From contig CAZELK010000004.1 in assembly GCA_964513145.1 (NCBI GenBank), positions 6,961-70,960 of the forward strand: 64,000 bases of DNA. Reading direction: 5' to 3'. Below the pieces are notes generated by a model that did no database searches, was not told where the DNA came from, and saw nothing but the letters and a program-made list of their open reading frames with translations. The position numbers and the translations under genes are program-made. Source of the DNA: Candidatus Woesearchaeota archaeon. Its GTDB lineage: Archaea > Nanobdellota > Nanobdellia > SCGC-AAA011-G17 > JACPIM01. Positions within the stretch are counted from its first letter, which is position 1. The number at the start of each line of letters is the position of its first letter. Below are positions 10,104 through 20,390 of the stretch, piece after piece.

Positions 10104-10478
10104 ATGGTAAACTCTGATCTTGAAAAAAGTTTAAAGGAAATTAATTTATACCAGAAAAACGAGTTAAATAAAGTAAGAGAACAATATTACACAGAAAGAA
10201 AACGAGATTTAAATGAAGACAATGAAAATATTTTTGAAGCTAACTCTTACCTATTTGGAAATAATTTGGGGAATGGAATAACATTTGGTGTCACATTTAT
10301 TTATGGCGGCAAGATATTTATTTTAGATACATTAAAAGGAGAAGACAGGGCTAAAGTTGTGGAACATGAAAAACATCATAGAAACAATCCTAGTGACAGT
10401 GAATTCATGACAAGAAAAAGAACTTGTACAGAAGAATTTTACCCAAATCCGGCTGTTAGCCCAGTTAATTACAATTAA
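10104..10478 (+). CDS. Hypothetical protein with HExxH motif
   Basis: VVEHEKHH. Confidence 0.55.
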   Translation: MVNSDLEKSLKEINLYQKNELNKVREQYYTERKRDLNEDNENIFEANSYLFGNNLGNGITFGVTFIYGGKIFILDTLKGEDRAKVVEHEKHHRNNPSDSEFMTRKRTCTEEFYPNPAVSPVNYN

Positions 10479-10479
10479 G

Positions 10480-11262
10480 ATGAGATTAAAAGAATTATAT
10501 CATCCCGAACAAGGAAAAATGAATGTTGCCGGTTTAATTTCTGGAAGCGGGTCTAATTTAGTAAAGATAATTGAACATAGCAAAAGAATTGAAATTGAAG
10601 AAGGAAGAGCTCCTTATAGGGTCGTAGTTATTTTTTCTGATAATCTTAAAAGTAATGCTGTAAAAATAGGAAGTAATTATGGAATTCCTGTTATTGTAAA
10701 TGACTTGAAAGAGTTTTATAAAAAAATTGGAAAACCAAGAAAAGATTTAGATGTTAGAAAAGAATTTGATAGAGAAACTGTGGAGAAATTAAAACAGTTC
10801 AATGTTGATGTAACTGCTTTTGCTGGATATATGGCTATTGCTACAAAACCATTAATTAATGCATTTCTTGGTATAAATGTTCATCCTGCTGATTTATCAA
10901 TAATAGATGGAAATAAAAGAAAATATACTGGAGACAACGCAGTCAGGGACGCTATAATGAATGGAGAAAAACAATTAAGATCAACAACGCATATAATTGA
11001 AGAGGAAGTTGATTATGGAAGAATTTTAATGGTATCCAAGTCACTACAAGTTAATTTACCAAATGATTTTGATTCAAAAAATAAAGAACAAGTCAAGAGA
11101 ATTTCTGATGAACATCAAAGTCATTTGAAAAAAGTAGGAGATTGGGTTATATTTCCAAAAACCTTGGAATATATTGCTGATGGGAGATATTCAGAAGATG
11201 AACAAGGTAATTTATATTTTGATGATAAATTAATACCAAATGGATTAAGATTATGGGTATAA
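10480..11262 (+). CDS. purN: Formyltransferase (phosphoribosylglycinamide formyltransferase-like)
   Basis: ISGSGSNL, AFAGYM, INVHP, TTHIIEEEVDYG. Confidence 0.8.
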   Translation: MRLKELYHPEQGKMNVAGLISGSGSNLVKIIEHSKRIEIEEGRAPYRVVVIFSDNLKSNAVKIGSNYGIPVIVNDLKEFYKKIGKPRKDLDVRKEFDRETVEKLKQFNVDVTAFAGYMAIATKPLINAFLGINVHPADLSIIDGNKRKYTGDNAVRDAIMNGEKQLRSTTHIIEEEVDYGRILMVSKSLQVNLPNDFDSKNKEQVKRISDEHQSHLKKVGDWVIFPKTLEYIADGRYSEDEQGNLYFDDKLIPNGLRLWV

Positions 11263-11579
11263 AAATGAACAAAAAAGCAGAATGGAAAGTGGAGCCAGGT
11301 ATTGTCTGGTTTATATTGTTTATTATTCTAATTATTGCAACTATGTGGATAGGGAGTTGGGAATGTAAAAATGACAATGATTGTGAAAGCGGAGAAATTT
11401 GTACAGTTAAGCACACTTGTTATTCCCCAGAAAATACACAAACAACAATAATCAAAACAGAAAACAAATATATTTTAGCTTCATTTATTATCGGGTTAAG
11501 CATAATAGCAGCTGCAATTATAATAAAAACTAAAGAATTCAAACTTAGTCATCATGCTCATAAATTAAGGAGAAAATAA
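11253..11579 (+). CDS. Membrane protein with short Cys-rich loop
   Basis: Two TM flanking WECKNDNDCESGEICTVKHTC. Confidence 0.65.
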   Translation: MGIKMNKKAEWKVEPGIVWFILFIILIIATMWIGSWECKNDNDCESGEICTVKHTCYSPENTQTTIIKTENKYILASFIIGLSIIAAAIIIKTKEFKLSHHAHKLRRK

Positions 11580-11588
11580 TACTAAAAA

Positions 11589-11975
11589 TTATTTTACATA
11601 TTCAACATTTTCTTTACTTTCAAATTTCTGGTCGCCAGTTAAGAACTTAATTTTTAGTAGTTTGGCTAAAGAATAACCTATGCAATCAACATAACTGAGT
11701 TTTTCCTTTCTATAATCTAGTTTAAACTGCATCCCAGATCTTATACTTTTAAATGAAATTGGAATAATAAATTTAGAATATAATCTTAAATATTTATCAG
11801 CAGTTTGTTTATCATAATCATGGAGAAAATGATAATACAATTCTGTAAGATTAAATTTAGTTGTTACTAAAACATGATCTAGATATTTCCTATAATCTTC
11901 ATTTCCACCTATTAACTCTATGAGTGCATATGTATCTGCTAAAAATACTTTTAATTCAGTCATAAGCTTCATCAA
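11589..11975 (-). CDS. vapC: PIN-domain toxin (VapC)
   Basis: LADTYALIE, LSYVDCIGY, LTGD. Confidence 0.85.
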   Translation of the reverse strand: MMKLMTELKVFLADTYALIELIGGNEDYRKYLDHVLVTTKFNLTELYYHFLHDYDKQTADKYLRLYSKFIIPISFKSIRSGMQFKLDYRKEKLSYVDCIGYSLAKLLKIKFLTGDQKFESKENVEYVK

Positions 11976-12174
11976 TTTCTTCCATTACATTTTGAGTAGG
12001 TTTTTTTAATTTTAAACTTCCAAATGCTTTCTTTAAATTATCATTTTCTATACTTATAATTAGAAATCTTATTTTCTTTTTCGTCGAAATATTTTCTTTT
12101 TCTATTATCTCTTTAGGTATAGTTACGCCTAATGAATTTCCCCAATGCTTTGGTTTTGCTTCAAAAAGTTCCAT
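11956..12174 (-). CDS. AbrB/MazE-type antitoxin
   Basis: KHWGNSLGVTIPKE; overlaps the PIN gene. Confidence 0.85.
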   Translation of the reverse strand: MELFEAKPKHWGNSLGVTIPKEIIEKENISTKKKIRFLIISIENDNLKKAFGSLKLKKPTQNVMEEIDEAYD

Positions 12175-12301
12175 TCTAAATATATAATTTAATTATATTT
12201 AAATCTTTCTATGATTTTTCTAAAAATTCTTCAAAAAAAGAAGATAAAATTTGTGATATTTTCAATAAAAAAGTAAAAAAATTACGCTGATTTAAAAATA
12301 G

Positions 12302-12553
12302 TTACAAAGAACTCCAGTCAGAATGACCCCATTGAATTAATAAATCTACATCTAAAACAGGTATATCGCAGGCACCCCAGCACGATCCCAGCCAGATAAT
12401 TATGGTAGCTTTAGTTTTTTCTTCCAAATATTTTGATATTTCAGTTGCCTTTTCCTTTAATCCATCTGGCAATTGAATGCAAACTAATTTAGCTTTTTCT
12501 TTTATAATATTTTCAGCTGCTTTTTCAAGTTCTAAATCATACTTTAATTCCAT
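12302..12553 (-). CDS. dph2: Stand-alone N-terminal domain of diphthamide synthesis protein Dph2
   Basis: VCIQLPDGLK, GSCWGACD, LLIQWGHS; ends after 83 aa. Confidence 0.75.
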   Translation of the reverse strand: MELKYDLELEKAAENIIKEKAKLVCIQLPDGLKEKATEISKYLEEKTKATIIIWLGSCWGACDIPVLDVDLLIQWGHSDWSSL

Positions 12554-12658
12554 AGAAAAATCTAATTTAAAGACCTTTTAAAATATACTGATTATATGTA
12601 ATTACTTAAGAATAGTTAAATAAGAAAGCTTTAAATACAGTTATTCTAAATAAAAATC

Positions 12659-13855
12659 ATGCAAAAGATTGATTTAAAAAATGGTCTTGCAGTTTATTTA
12701 GACCCTAAAAATTTCGGAATAAGTGCTGCATATTTATACATAAATTCAGGTAGCGGACATGATAAAATTCCTCAAACTGCCCATTTGTTAGAACATTTGC
12801 AAGCTAATAATGCTAAAGTCTATGGCGAAAGCGGCAAGTTAAATTATTCTCATTGTAATGCAAAAACAGAAAGAAAAAGAACCTCTTATTATTTTAGAAA
12901 CATATTGCCAGAAGATTTAGAATTAGCTGTCAAAAATTTATCATTAGCTTTTTCTCAACCTAATAAATTAATTTTAGAAAGAGAAAAAGAAGCAGTGAGA
13001 CATGAATTATCTCCGTATGATTCTGAATTAAATGAATTTGCAGAAAGAGCCTCTGATTTATTATTTCCTGTATTTAGAAAAAAAATACCAAGTACGAAAA
13101 AAAGTTTGAGCTTATTAAACGAAATTAAATATGAAACAGCTAATGAATTTTGGGATGAACATTACGATCCAGCAAATGCTTTTTTCTATATTTGTGGCGA
13201 TATAAATGATGCAGATAAATATTTGAATTTTTTAGGAAATCTTCCTACTAGAAATCATAAGTCAAAGCCTTTGGAAAAGGAAGATGAAGTTGAATTAAAA
13301 CAGAGGATAGAACTTAAGGAAAAAATAAGACCAGATAATATAGCAACAATGCAAATAACTTATCAATCTCCTTGTTTCCCGCATCAATTATCTTTTAAAG
13401 ATGATGTAGCTATCTGGATATTAACAAAATACCTTAGTTCTACTTTCGGCATTTTATATAAGAAATTAAGGGATGAACATAATTTGTGTTATAATTTGAG
13501 TGTAAGTTCTGATAGGGAAATTGGCAAATTAATGGCTCTTGGTTTTTCAACTTCAACACAGCCAGGTTTAATTGAAAAAGTAGAAAATGAATGGTTAAAA
13601 TCTCTTGAGCATATAACTAAAAATAGTATTTCCCAAGAACATTTGGATACATTCAGAAACATTGAAAAAATAAAAACAATTAAACAGAAAGTGGGTTATG
13701 ATAATGTTGATGATTTAGAGCTTAAATTAGATATGGGAATTTCTATTGAAGAAGTATTGCAAACTTTAAATCAGTTGACAACTGATGACATAAGGAAAGC
13801 ATCTAAAATATTTGTAGAAAGACCTTACTTAATAAGCATAGCTCTTCCAAAATAA
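12659..13855 (+). CDS. M16 family (insulinase-like) zinc peptidase
   Basis: AHLLEHL (HxxEH), FWDEHYDPAN, LRDEHNLCY. Confidence 0.85.
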   Translation: MQKIDLKNGLAVYLDPKNFGISAAYLYINSGSGHDKIPQTAHLLEHLQANNAKVYGESGKLNYSHCNAKTERKRTSYYFRNILPEDLELAVKNLSLAFSQPNKLILEREKEAVRHELSPYDSELNEFAERASDLLFPVFRKKIPSTKKSLSLLNEIKYETANEFWDEHYDPANAFFYICGDINDADKYLNFLGNLPTRNHKSKPLEKEDEVELKQRIELKEKIRPDNIATMQITYQSPCFPHQLSFKDDVAIWILTKYLSSTFGILYKKLRDEHNLCYNLSVSSDREIGKLMALGFSTSTQPGLIEKVENEWLKSLEHITKNSISQEHLDTFRNIEKIKTIKQKVGYDNVDDLELKLDMGISIEEVLQTLNQLTTDDIRKASKIFVERPYLISIALPK

Positions 13856-13902
13856 TTGTTTAAAATAAAAGTATTTATTAATAATATTAGTTAAATAAAC
13901 TT

Positions 13903-14196
13903 ATGAACTTCAACGAAAAAGTTTACAAATTATGTAAAGAAATACCAAAATGCAAAGTAAGCACATATAAAGAAATAGCAAGAAAATTAAATTCTAAAGC
14001 TTATAGATCTGTTGGCAATGCTTTAAATAAAAATAAAGATACAAAAAATATCCCTTGCTTTAAAATAGTAAATTCAAATGGTAAGCTCGGTGGTTACTCA
14101 AATGGGATAAAAAATAAAATAAAAAAACTAAAAAAAGAAGGCATTGAAATTAAAAATAATAAAATAGATTTAAAAAAATATCTGCATAAATTTTGA
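13903..14196 (+). CDS. O6-alkylguanine DNA alkyltransferase-like (MGMT C-terminal domain only)
   Basis: KVSTYKEIA, YRSVGNAL, IPCFKIV, GKLGGY. Confidence 0.85.
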   Translation: MNFNEKVYKLCKEIPKCKVSTYKEIARKLNSKAYRSVGNALNKNKDTKNIPCFKIVNSNGKLGGYSNGIKNKIKKLKKEGIEIKNNKIDLKKYLHKF

Positions 14197-14236
14197 ATTA
14201 GTAATATTTATAAACAAGATTTTTAACAATTTTAGT

Positions 14237-14620
14237 ATGTTATACGGCGTGGATGAAAATGGGTCAATCTTTGAAGTTAATGTAAACTATGAAGCTGTAT
14301 GGGACTCATTAAGATTGAAAGATTGGCAAAGAAGATCTGCTAAAAACATTGTAGAATCTTTTGATTCGAATGCAGACCCAACTTCAAGAAATGAATTATA
14401 CAAAACTAGAAAAGAATTAGAAAAAGCAGGCGAAGTTACTATAATAAATGGCGAGCTTAAGGAATATGCTGGCAGATTAAATTTAGCAGAAAAGATTGAT
14501 AATGTTAAAACTAATTTGGTAAACAAGTTAATTGAAGTCGGCATATTACAAAGGCACCCAATATTGCCAAAATACGCATTAAATCCAAAAAGATTAAGCA
14601 GATTGGAAAGAAAATTTTAA
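14237..14620 (+). CDS. Hypothetical protein
   Basis: 127 aa ORF. Confidence 0.55.
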   Translation: MLYGVDENGSIFEVNVNYEAVWDSLRLKDWQRRSAKNIVESFDSNADPTSRNELYKTRKELEKAGEVTIINGELKEYAGRLNLAEKIDNVKTNLVNKLIEVGILQRHPILPKYALNPKRLSRLERKF

Positions 14621-14622
14621 AA

Positions 14623-15564
14623 TTATTTTTTGTTTAGTTTCTCTTTTAATATTTTATATTCTTTAATAAACAAATCAATAGTTGGTTTTAAATTTTTATT
14701 TATTTCATAGTCCTTTAATGAATTATAATACTCTATGCGATTTATAAAATATATATTTATGGGTGGGAGCTTATGTTTTATTAAAATATTATTTAAAAGA
14801 ATTCTTCCAACCCTCCCATTTCCATCTCTAAAAGGATGAATGTTCTCAAATTGATTATGTATCACTGCTCCAAGAACCAATGCTGGGCATGTGTTTTTAT
14901 TTAAATTATACCAAGTTATCATTTCTTTTAATAAATGAATTATTCTCTGTTGTTGTGCCCCTTCATGAACAACATTTCCATGATTATCCATAACAACCAC
15001 TTCTTCTCCCTTTTTCCTGAATTTTCCGGCAAAGGGCTTTGAATTTTTAAAAACAATCTTATGAATTTCTTTAATAAGTTCTATTGAGACATAATCCTTA
15101 GTATTTCTAATAAATGCTATGGCTTCATTAACACCATAAGCTTCGGCAATATCGTCTTTAGACCTATCTGGCCATTGATCTCGTTCTAATAAATTTTTTA
15201 CTTCCTTTTGATTAAGCTTGCTTCCTTCTATTGCATTGGTGTTATAAGTAAATATTTCAGAAAATAATTTCCAGTCATTTTCAGATAAGTGATTTATTTT
15301 TATTGGTATATCAAGTTCTATTCGTTTTATTAAGTCAATTTCTTCTTGTGAAAGCTTAAAATTTAAAGGGTCTTTTATGATGTTGTATTTGTGTATTTCT
15401 TCAAGAATAAGTTTTTCAGCTATTAATTTTCTTTCCTTAAGTTTTTCATTGGTTAAATCCTGCCCGAGATATTTCCTGAATTTATGTATTTTTAGCCCTT
15501 CTCTGTAAGAATGTGCAAGATAATATTTTCTTTTGTTTTTTGATTCTCTTTTCTCTATGTACAT
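14623..15564 (-). CDS. Fic family AMP-transferase
   Basis: Canonical HPFRDGNGRVGR; TNAIEGSKL. Confidence 0.93.
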   Translation of the reverse strand: MYIEKRESKNKRKYYLAHSYREGLKIHKFRKYLGQDLTNEKLKERKLIAEKLILEEIHKYNIIKDPLNFKLSQEEIDLIKRIELDIPIKINHLSENDWKLFSEIFTYNTNAIEGSKLNQKEVKNLLERDQWPDRSKDDIAEAYGVNEAIAFIRNTKDYVSIELIKEIHKIVFKNSKPFAGKFRKKGEEVVVMDNHGNVVHEGAQQQRIIHLLKEMITWYNLNKNTCPALVLGAVIHNQFENIHPFRDGNGRVGRILLNNILIKHKLPPINIYFINRIEYYNSLKDYEINKNLKPTIDLFIKEYKILKEKLNKK

Positions 15565-15574
15565 AAATTAATAT

Positions 15575-15638
15575 AGGTGACTACATATTTAAGCTTTTTC
15601 TTTAAGGTGACTACATTTTACTTAATTTGTGGTCACCT
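15575..15638. promoter_or_regulatory. Three AGGTGACYACA boxes upstream of fic (putative operator)
   Basis: aggtgactacat at 15575-15586 and 15605-15616; inverted near-copy at 15628-15638. Confidence 0.55.
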
Positions 15639-17288
15639 AGCTATTCTGGTTATATCCAGCTCTAAAGCACTGACAGGAACTTCTAATTCAAAATTTGTTA
15701 AAACTAAAGGGCTTATTTCTCCAAAAAAACCAGCTTCCCTGTCATTAATAAATATAGAGGCACATCTCCCTTCAATAAATGAATTATGTTTTAATTCTTT
15801 TAATCTAATATCTAAATTTAAAATTCTGCCTAAATAATCAACAACTTGTTTCACTTCTGTAAAATTTGTTTTTTCATGTGCAATCACGCATGATAATTTA
15901 GTAACATTTCTGGATTTAACTTCTTCCTTCTCATCATAAATAACAGCATCATTAATCTCAAATATTTTTTGTGGATAATCTTTATTTCTGTTATTGACTA
16001 GTAATTTAATCAGTTCAGGCAATAGCCATGATCTAACCATGTTTATTGTCATTTCTTTTACAGAGCCTAAATTTACACATTTCATTTCAGGCAAATTCAT
16101 TTTTTTAAACTGGTCATTTTTGTTTGTTAAAGCAAATGTCAAAGACTCAATAAATCCCAACCCAATAAATAATTCCTTTAATCTGTCCACAAACTTGTTT
16201 TCAGGAAATTCTTCGGCAATTGAGTGAACATAAGTTAATCTTGGTTCCAAATTATTAAATCCATAAGCCCTGGCTATATCATCAATAACATCAACATCAT
16301 GCCATATATCTGTCCTGTATTTTGGAATTAAAACTGTAATTTTTTCTTTTGAAACTGAGACTCCGTAATTCATTTTTTTTAATAATTCAGAAATTTTCTT
16401 GGAATTTAATTCAATGCCGAGAATTTTATTTACATCTTTTAATTTAATTTCTTTTTTTTCTGGTGTTAAATCTGGTTTTATTATTTTCTTATTTCCATAA
16501 TGATGCTCTACAGAGTAAATTTCCCCACCCATGTCAGATAAAGTAGTCGCAATTATGTTCAAGACCTGCTCGCAAGCATTAAAATCATGGCCAGAACATT
16601 CTATAAATACATCTTTAGTTTTCTCTGTAACTTTGCCTAGTTCATGTGCATTTATAATTGGGGGCATTGATAGCACTTTGTTCATAGAATCAACAAAAAC
16701 AGGATACCTATCATAACTTTTTAATAAATCTGCATATTTTATTCCTGCAGGATGTTTCTCTAAGATTTCTCTTGCACTTAATTCATGGGTAAATTCTAAA
16801 GGCCTGAATTTGATTTCTTCTGGCTTTAATGCCAGATATTTTATTGGTGATTTAATATTTTCCAGCGGGTAAATGCCTATGGATGTCTTTTTCCTTTTTC
16901 TTGCAAAAGTATTATGTATCTTTTCCTGAACATTTATTATTTCTTTTATTTTTTCATAATCTAATTTTAAATTCTTTACAACAGCAGCGACAGTAAAAGG
17001 TCTTATGTTGTTTACAGAATTATCTATTATTAATTTAATATCTGATTTCTTGATTTTATATTCACATAAACCAGTTTTTTTTCCGATATATGCTTTTAAT
17101 AACCTGCCTAAACCCTGGGTTGATAATAAATCTGGTCTGTTTGGGGTAATTTCAATTTTTATGTCATTTTTTTCTACAGATTCTAATTCAAAGCCAAGAT
17201 TAAATAAAATTTCATATAATTGTTTTTCAGTCAAATTCTTTCCAATTGATTTATTTAATTCTTTAAAAGTTGTTTCTAAGATTACCAT
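15633..17288 (-). CDS. pheT: Phenylalanyl-tRNA synthetase beta subunit
   Basis: TPNRPDLLS, SMPPIIN, YRTDIWHDVDVIDDIARAYG. Confidence 0.96.
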   Translation of the reverse strand: MVILETTFKELNKSIGKNLTEKQLYEILFNLGFELESVEKNDIKIEITPNRPDLLSTQGLGRLLKAYIGKKTGLCEYKIKKSDIKLIIDNSVNNIRPFTVAAVVKNLKLDYEKIKEIINVQEKIHNTFARKRKKTSIGIYPLENIKSPIKYLALKPEEIKFRPLEFTHELSAREILEKHPAGIKYADLLKSYDRYPVFVDSMNKVLSMPPIINAHELGKVTEKTKDVFIECSGHDFNACEQVLNIIATTLSDMGGEIYSVEHHYGNKKIIKPDLTPEKKEIKLKDVNKILGIELNSKKISELLKKMNYGVSVSKEKITVLIPKYRTDIWHDVDVIDDIARAYGFNNLEPRLTYVHSIAEEFPENKFVDRLKELFIGLGFIESLTFALTNKNDQFKKMNLPEMKCVNLGSVKEMTINMVRSWLLPELIKLLVNNRNKDYPQKIFEINDAVIYDEKEEVKSRNVTKLSCVIAHEKTNFTEVKQVVDYLGRILNLDIRLKELKHNSFIEGRCASIFINDREAGFFGEISPLVLTNFELEVPVSALELDITRIAR

Positions 17289-18790
17289 TTTATGTTAAAA
17301 CTCCTCAGCCAGTTTAAATCCGAATTATGACCAAATAAATTTCTAATATCTTTTTTCTTGTAAATCATCATTGCCAGTCTCTCTAAACCAAAACCCCACG
17401 CAATAACAGGCACTTTAATTCCATAAGGTTCTAAAGATTCTGGCCTAAAAATTCCAGAATTAATTAATTCAACCCACTTTCCTAATTCTTCATTATATCC
17501 AGATGCTTCAACAGATGGCTGCGTATACGGATTATAAGTAGGTTTAAATTTTATTTTGTGAATTCCTAATTTTGAATAAAATTCTTTTATATATCCCATT
17601 AAATCCCTTAAATTTAATCCTTCATCCATTACAAAACCTTCTACTTGGTAAAATTCCGGTAAATGCGTCTGGTCTATTGCTTCATTTCTAAATACCCTTC
17701 CAATAGAAAAATATTTTGCAGGATATTTTATATTTTTGGAATGAAAATATCTGTATGTTGTAGCTGTAGTATGCGTCCTTAAAATTAATTGCTTTGCAAT
17801 CTCGGGGTTCCATTTGTATTTATATCCTTTAGACCCGGTATTTCCCCCATGCTCATGAACTTCTGCAACTTTTTTAGATAATTTTTCTGGAATAGATCCT
17901 TTATATGGCAAATAAAAAGTATCCTGCACTTCTCTTGAAGGATGGTCTTGTGGTATCCACATAGAATCCATGCACCAGAAGGCAGTGTCTACCCACTGGG
18001 ACTTCATTTCTTTAAACCCCAAATTCATAAAAATTTTTCTAACATCATTAATAACTAGTGTTAAAGGATGTAATCTCCCGCCATAAATCTTTGGTGTTGT
18101 TGAATAAATATTATAGTGCCTAAATTCTTTATTTATCCAAGAACCAGCTTTTAACATATCAGTTGTCAAAGTTTCAATATAATTATCATTAAGATCATGC
18201 TTTAAGATTTCCTCGCCGAAACTGGTAATTATAATTGTTTTTAATTTTGTTTGCTCAACTTTTATAATATTTCTTCGTTTTTTTATTTCAGACAAAACAA
18301 ATGCCTCTTCTTTTGTTAATTTGTTTAATTCTAAAGGCAATCTCTTAAGAAATCTTTCTTCTGCAAATTCTGTTTTTAACAAAATCTTTCCTTTTTCTTT
18401 TAAATAAACTTTATCTTTAATTTCTATTGCATCCCTTCTTTTTAATAATCCTAAAGAAATCCTAATTTCATCATCATTTAAACAGGCTTTTTCTTTGATT
18501 TCATTTAAAGACAAAGGCTCAATTTGAACAGAATTAAGAAATCTTCTCTCAGGCAATCCTTCTCTTAAATATTCTTTTCCATTAATGTCTAAACCAGCTA
18601 TTTCTTTTAAGTCTTCTAAAATTCTTAATATTTTTTTATCCTGCAGCCATAATAAAGCCCTGTTAACTTGCGTCTCATTTAATCCTGATAATTTTACAAT
18701 AGAATTAATGTCTTTATTTGATTTTAATAATGGAATAATCTTTCTTTCAGATGGAGTTAATAGTTTAATTACACTTTCCACAGATTCCAT
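17282..18790 (-). CDS. pheS: Phenylalanyl-tRNA synthetase alpha subunit (archaeal long form)
   Basis: GRLHPL, QDHPSRE, LRTHTT, VFRNEAID, GFGLERL. Confidence 0.96.
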   Translation of the reverse strand: MESVESVIKLLTPSERKIIPLLKSNKDINSIVKLSGLNETQVNRALLWLQDKKILRILEDLKEIAGLDINGKEYLREGLPERRFLNSVQIEPLSLNEIKEKACLNDDEIRISLGLLKRRDAIEIKDKVYLKEKGKILLKTEFAEERFLKRLPLELNKLTKEEAFVLSEIKKRRNIIKVEQTKLKTIIITSFGEEILKHDLNDNYIETLTTDMLKAGSWINKEFRHYNIYSTTPKIYGGRLHPLTLVINDVRKIFMNLGFKEMKSQWVDTAFWCMDSMWIPQDHPSREVQDTFYLPYKGSIPEKLSKKVAEVHEHGGNTGSKGYKYKWNPEIAKQLILRTHTTATTYRYFHSKNIKYPAKYFSIGRVFRNEAIDQTHLPEFYQVEGFVMDEGLNLRDLMGYIKEFYSKLGIHKIKFKPTYNPYTQPSVEASGYNEELGKWVELINSGIFRPESLEPYGIKVPVIAWGFGLERLAMMIYKKKDIRNLFGHNSDLNWLRSFNIKW

Positions 18791-18831
18791 TACTAAATTT
18801 AATTGTTAGGAAGTTTAAAAAAGTTACTGAA

Positions 18832-19218
18832 TTATGAAAAGAACACGCGCTTTCTCAATTGTTTAGCTTCCTTAATTTCATAGCCTATTTTGTGTTTTGT
18901 TGCATACTCTTCCAATGTCTTTTCTAATTTCTCAGCAGCCCTACAATCAAAATAAAAACCTTTAATTACCATTGGAAAAGTGATTGGACAAGAAACAGCA
19001 GCTACATAAGAAAGTTCTACAGTTGGAAAAAGCCACAAAAAATTAGGTCCCTTGCTAATTTCTACTATATATAATAAAGGAAGAGCCTGAAAATTAATTT
19101 CTCCATGCCTTTTAACTTGAAGCTTGCCTGAGAACTCAGGAGATAATTCAAAGGTTAGATCATTAAGAGCTCTCTTTATTGAAGATTCTATAGATTCTTC
19201 TAAATTAAATTTATTCAT
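18832..19218 (-). CDS. Hypothetical protein
   Basis: 128 aa ORF in putative operon with pheST. Confidence 0.55.
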   Translation of the reverse strand: MNKFNLEESIESSIKRALNDLTFELSPEFSGKLQVKRHGEINFQALPLLYIVEISKGPNFLWLFPTVELSYVAAVSCPITFPMVIKGFYFDCRAAEKLEKTLEEYATKHKIGYEIKEAKQLRKRVFFS

Positions 19219-19349
19219 TAAGCAACAATTTCTTTCTTTTCAGTCATGTCAAATTCTTCGCTACCACAAAAACAATTCATGTCTTCTGGAACAAATTCAT
19301 CTATAACGAAGATTGCGCCACAACCCTTACATTTAGCTTCTACTTTCAT
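19218..19349 (-). CDS. Small zinc-ribbon protein
   Basis: MKVEAKCKGCG...NCFCGS; likely start ATG 19349 after ggggg RBS-like run. Confidence 0.55.
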   Translation of the reverse strand: MKVEAKCKGCGAIFVIDEFVPEDMNCFCGSEEFDMTEKKEIVA

Positions 19350-19521
19350 ATTTCCCCCATAATCATAACTACTCAAGCGTAGTTTAAATATATAAATATT
19401 TGTATTTGAAATATCTATTCTAGAATATAGTTCTTTATAAAATTTACGCAAAAATATGTCCACAATACTAATTTGAGACTAATAACACAATTTAAATAAT
19501 AAAAAGAAAAATTAACTTATA

Positions 19522-20196
19522 ATGAAAAAAAGAGATCATAGTCTGTTTATAATGGCTGGTGTTTTTATCTTGGTTATATCTGCAATTATCTCGGTTTATA
19601 AGAATGAATCAAAAGAAGAATTTCAAATAAATGCAGAAACATTTTGCTTAAATAATGTAAATTTTAAGATTAAAAGTGCTTGTATTGCCAATAGTAACTT
19701 GAAAGTAAAAATAGAAAATAATAATTTAAAAATAGAGGGTCTTAATATTATTATTCTAAATAAGACCATAAATTCTGATTCAGAAATAGACAAAGAAACA
19801 AAAGAAATAATAATTCCAATAGAAAATCTTAATTTTAAAGATATTTTAGTTTCAGCCAAAATTAATTTTAATAATAGAATAATTCAATGTAATAACTTTC
19901 AAGCATACAAAGATATAGATTCTTGTGATAAATCATGTTATGATAACACACCTTATAATAAATGTTCTGAAAATAAGCCTTTATTTTGTAATAATGGAAA
20001 ATTAATTGAGAAGTGTAAAATATGTGGCTGTAATAATAGTGAATTTTGCAATAACCAAAGTTGCTCTAATTGCAAAGAGAGCTGGTTCTGCGGCGAATTG
20101 TCAGAATGTATAAACAAAAAACAAACCAGAAACTGTTTTGATGCAAATAACTGTGGTACTACATTTAACAAGCCCTTAATTGAACAAAGTTGTTAA
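19522..20196 (+). CDS. Membrane-anchored Cys-rich surface protein
   Basis: N-terminal TM; C-terminal CxExWxC...QTRxCxDxNxCGT repeat-like module. Confidence 0.75.
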   Translation: MKKRDHSLFIMAGVFILVISAIISVYKNESKEEFQINAETFCLNNVNFKIKSACIANSNLKVKIENNNLKIEGLNIIILNKTINSDSEIDKETKEIIIPIENLNFKDILVSAKINFNNRIIQCNNFQAYKDIDSCDKSCYDNTPYNKCSENKPLFCNNGKLIEKCKICGCNNSEFCNNQSCSNCKESWFCGELSECINKKQTRNCFDANNCGTTFNKPLIEQSC

Positions 20197-20223
20197 TCAT
20201 TGAAAATTCCAGTTGTTTAAAAA

Positions 20224-20390
20224 TGACGTCCTCCACGCCATGAATGGCGTGGTTTCCAACAGAAGCATTAATCACTTCTGTATATAGTTCCTGAATCAAC
20301 GACAATAGCCAAAACTGCTGGTCTTACATTATCTCAAACAGGCGTTACTTTTCGCTTGTCCAGCGATAGACTGCTGATGCAGTGAATGAT
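20224..20390 (-). ncRNA. Putative TnpB omega/reRNA-like scaffold
   Basis: Several stem-loops, GCCTGTTTGAGATAATGTAAGACC segment, ends at right-end hairpin; TATA-like atttaaatat about 20405-20414 upstream on minus; 5' end approximate. Confidence 0.5.
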
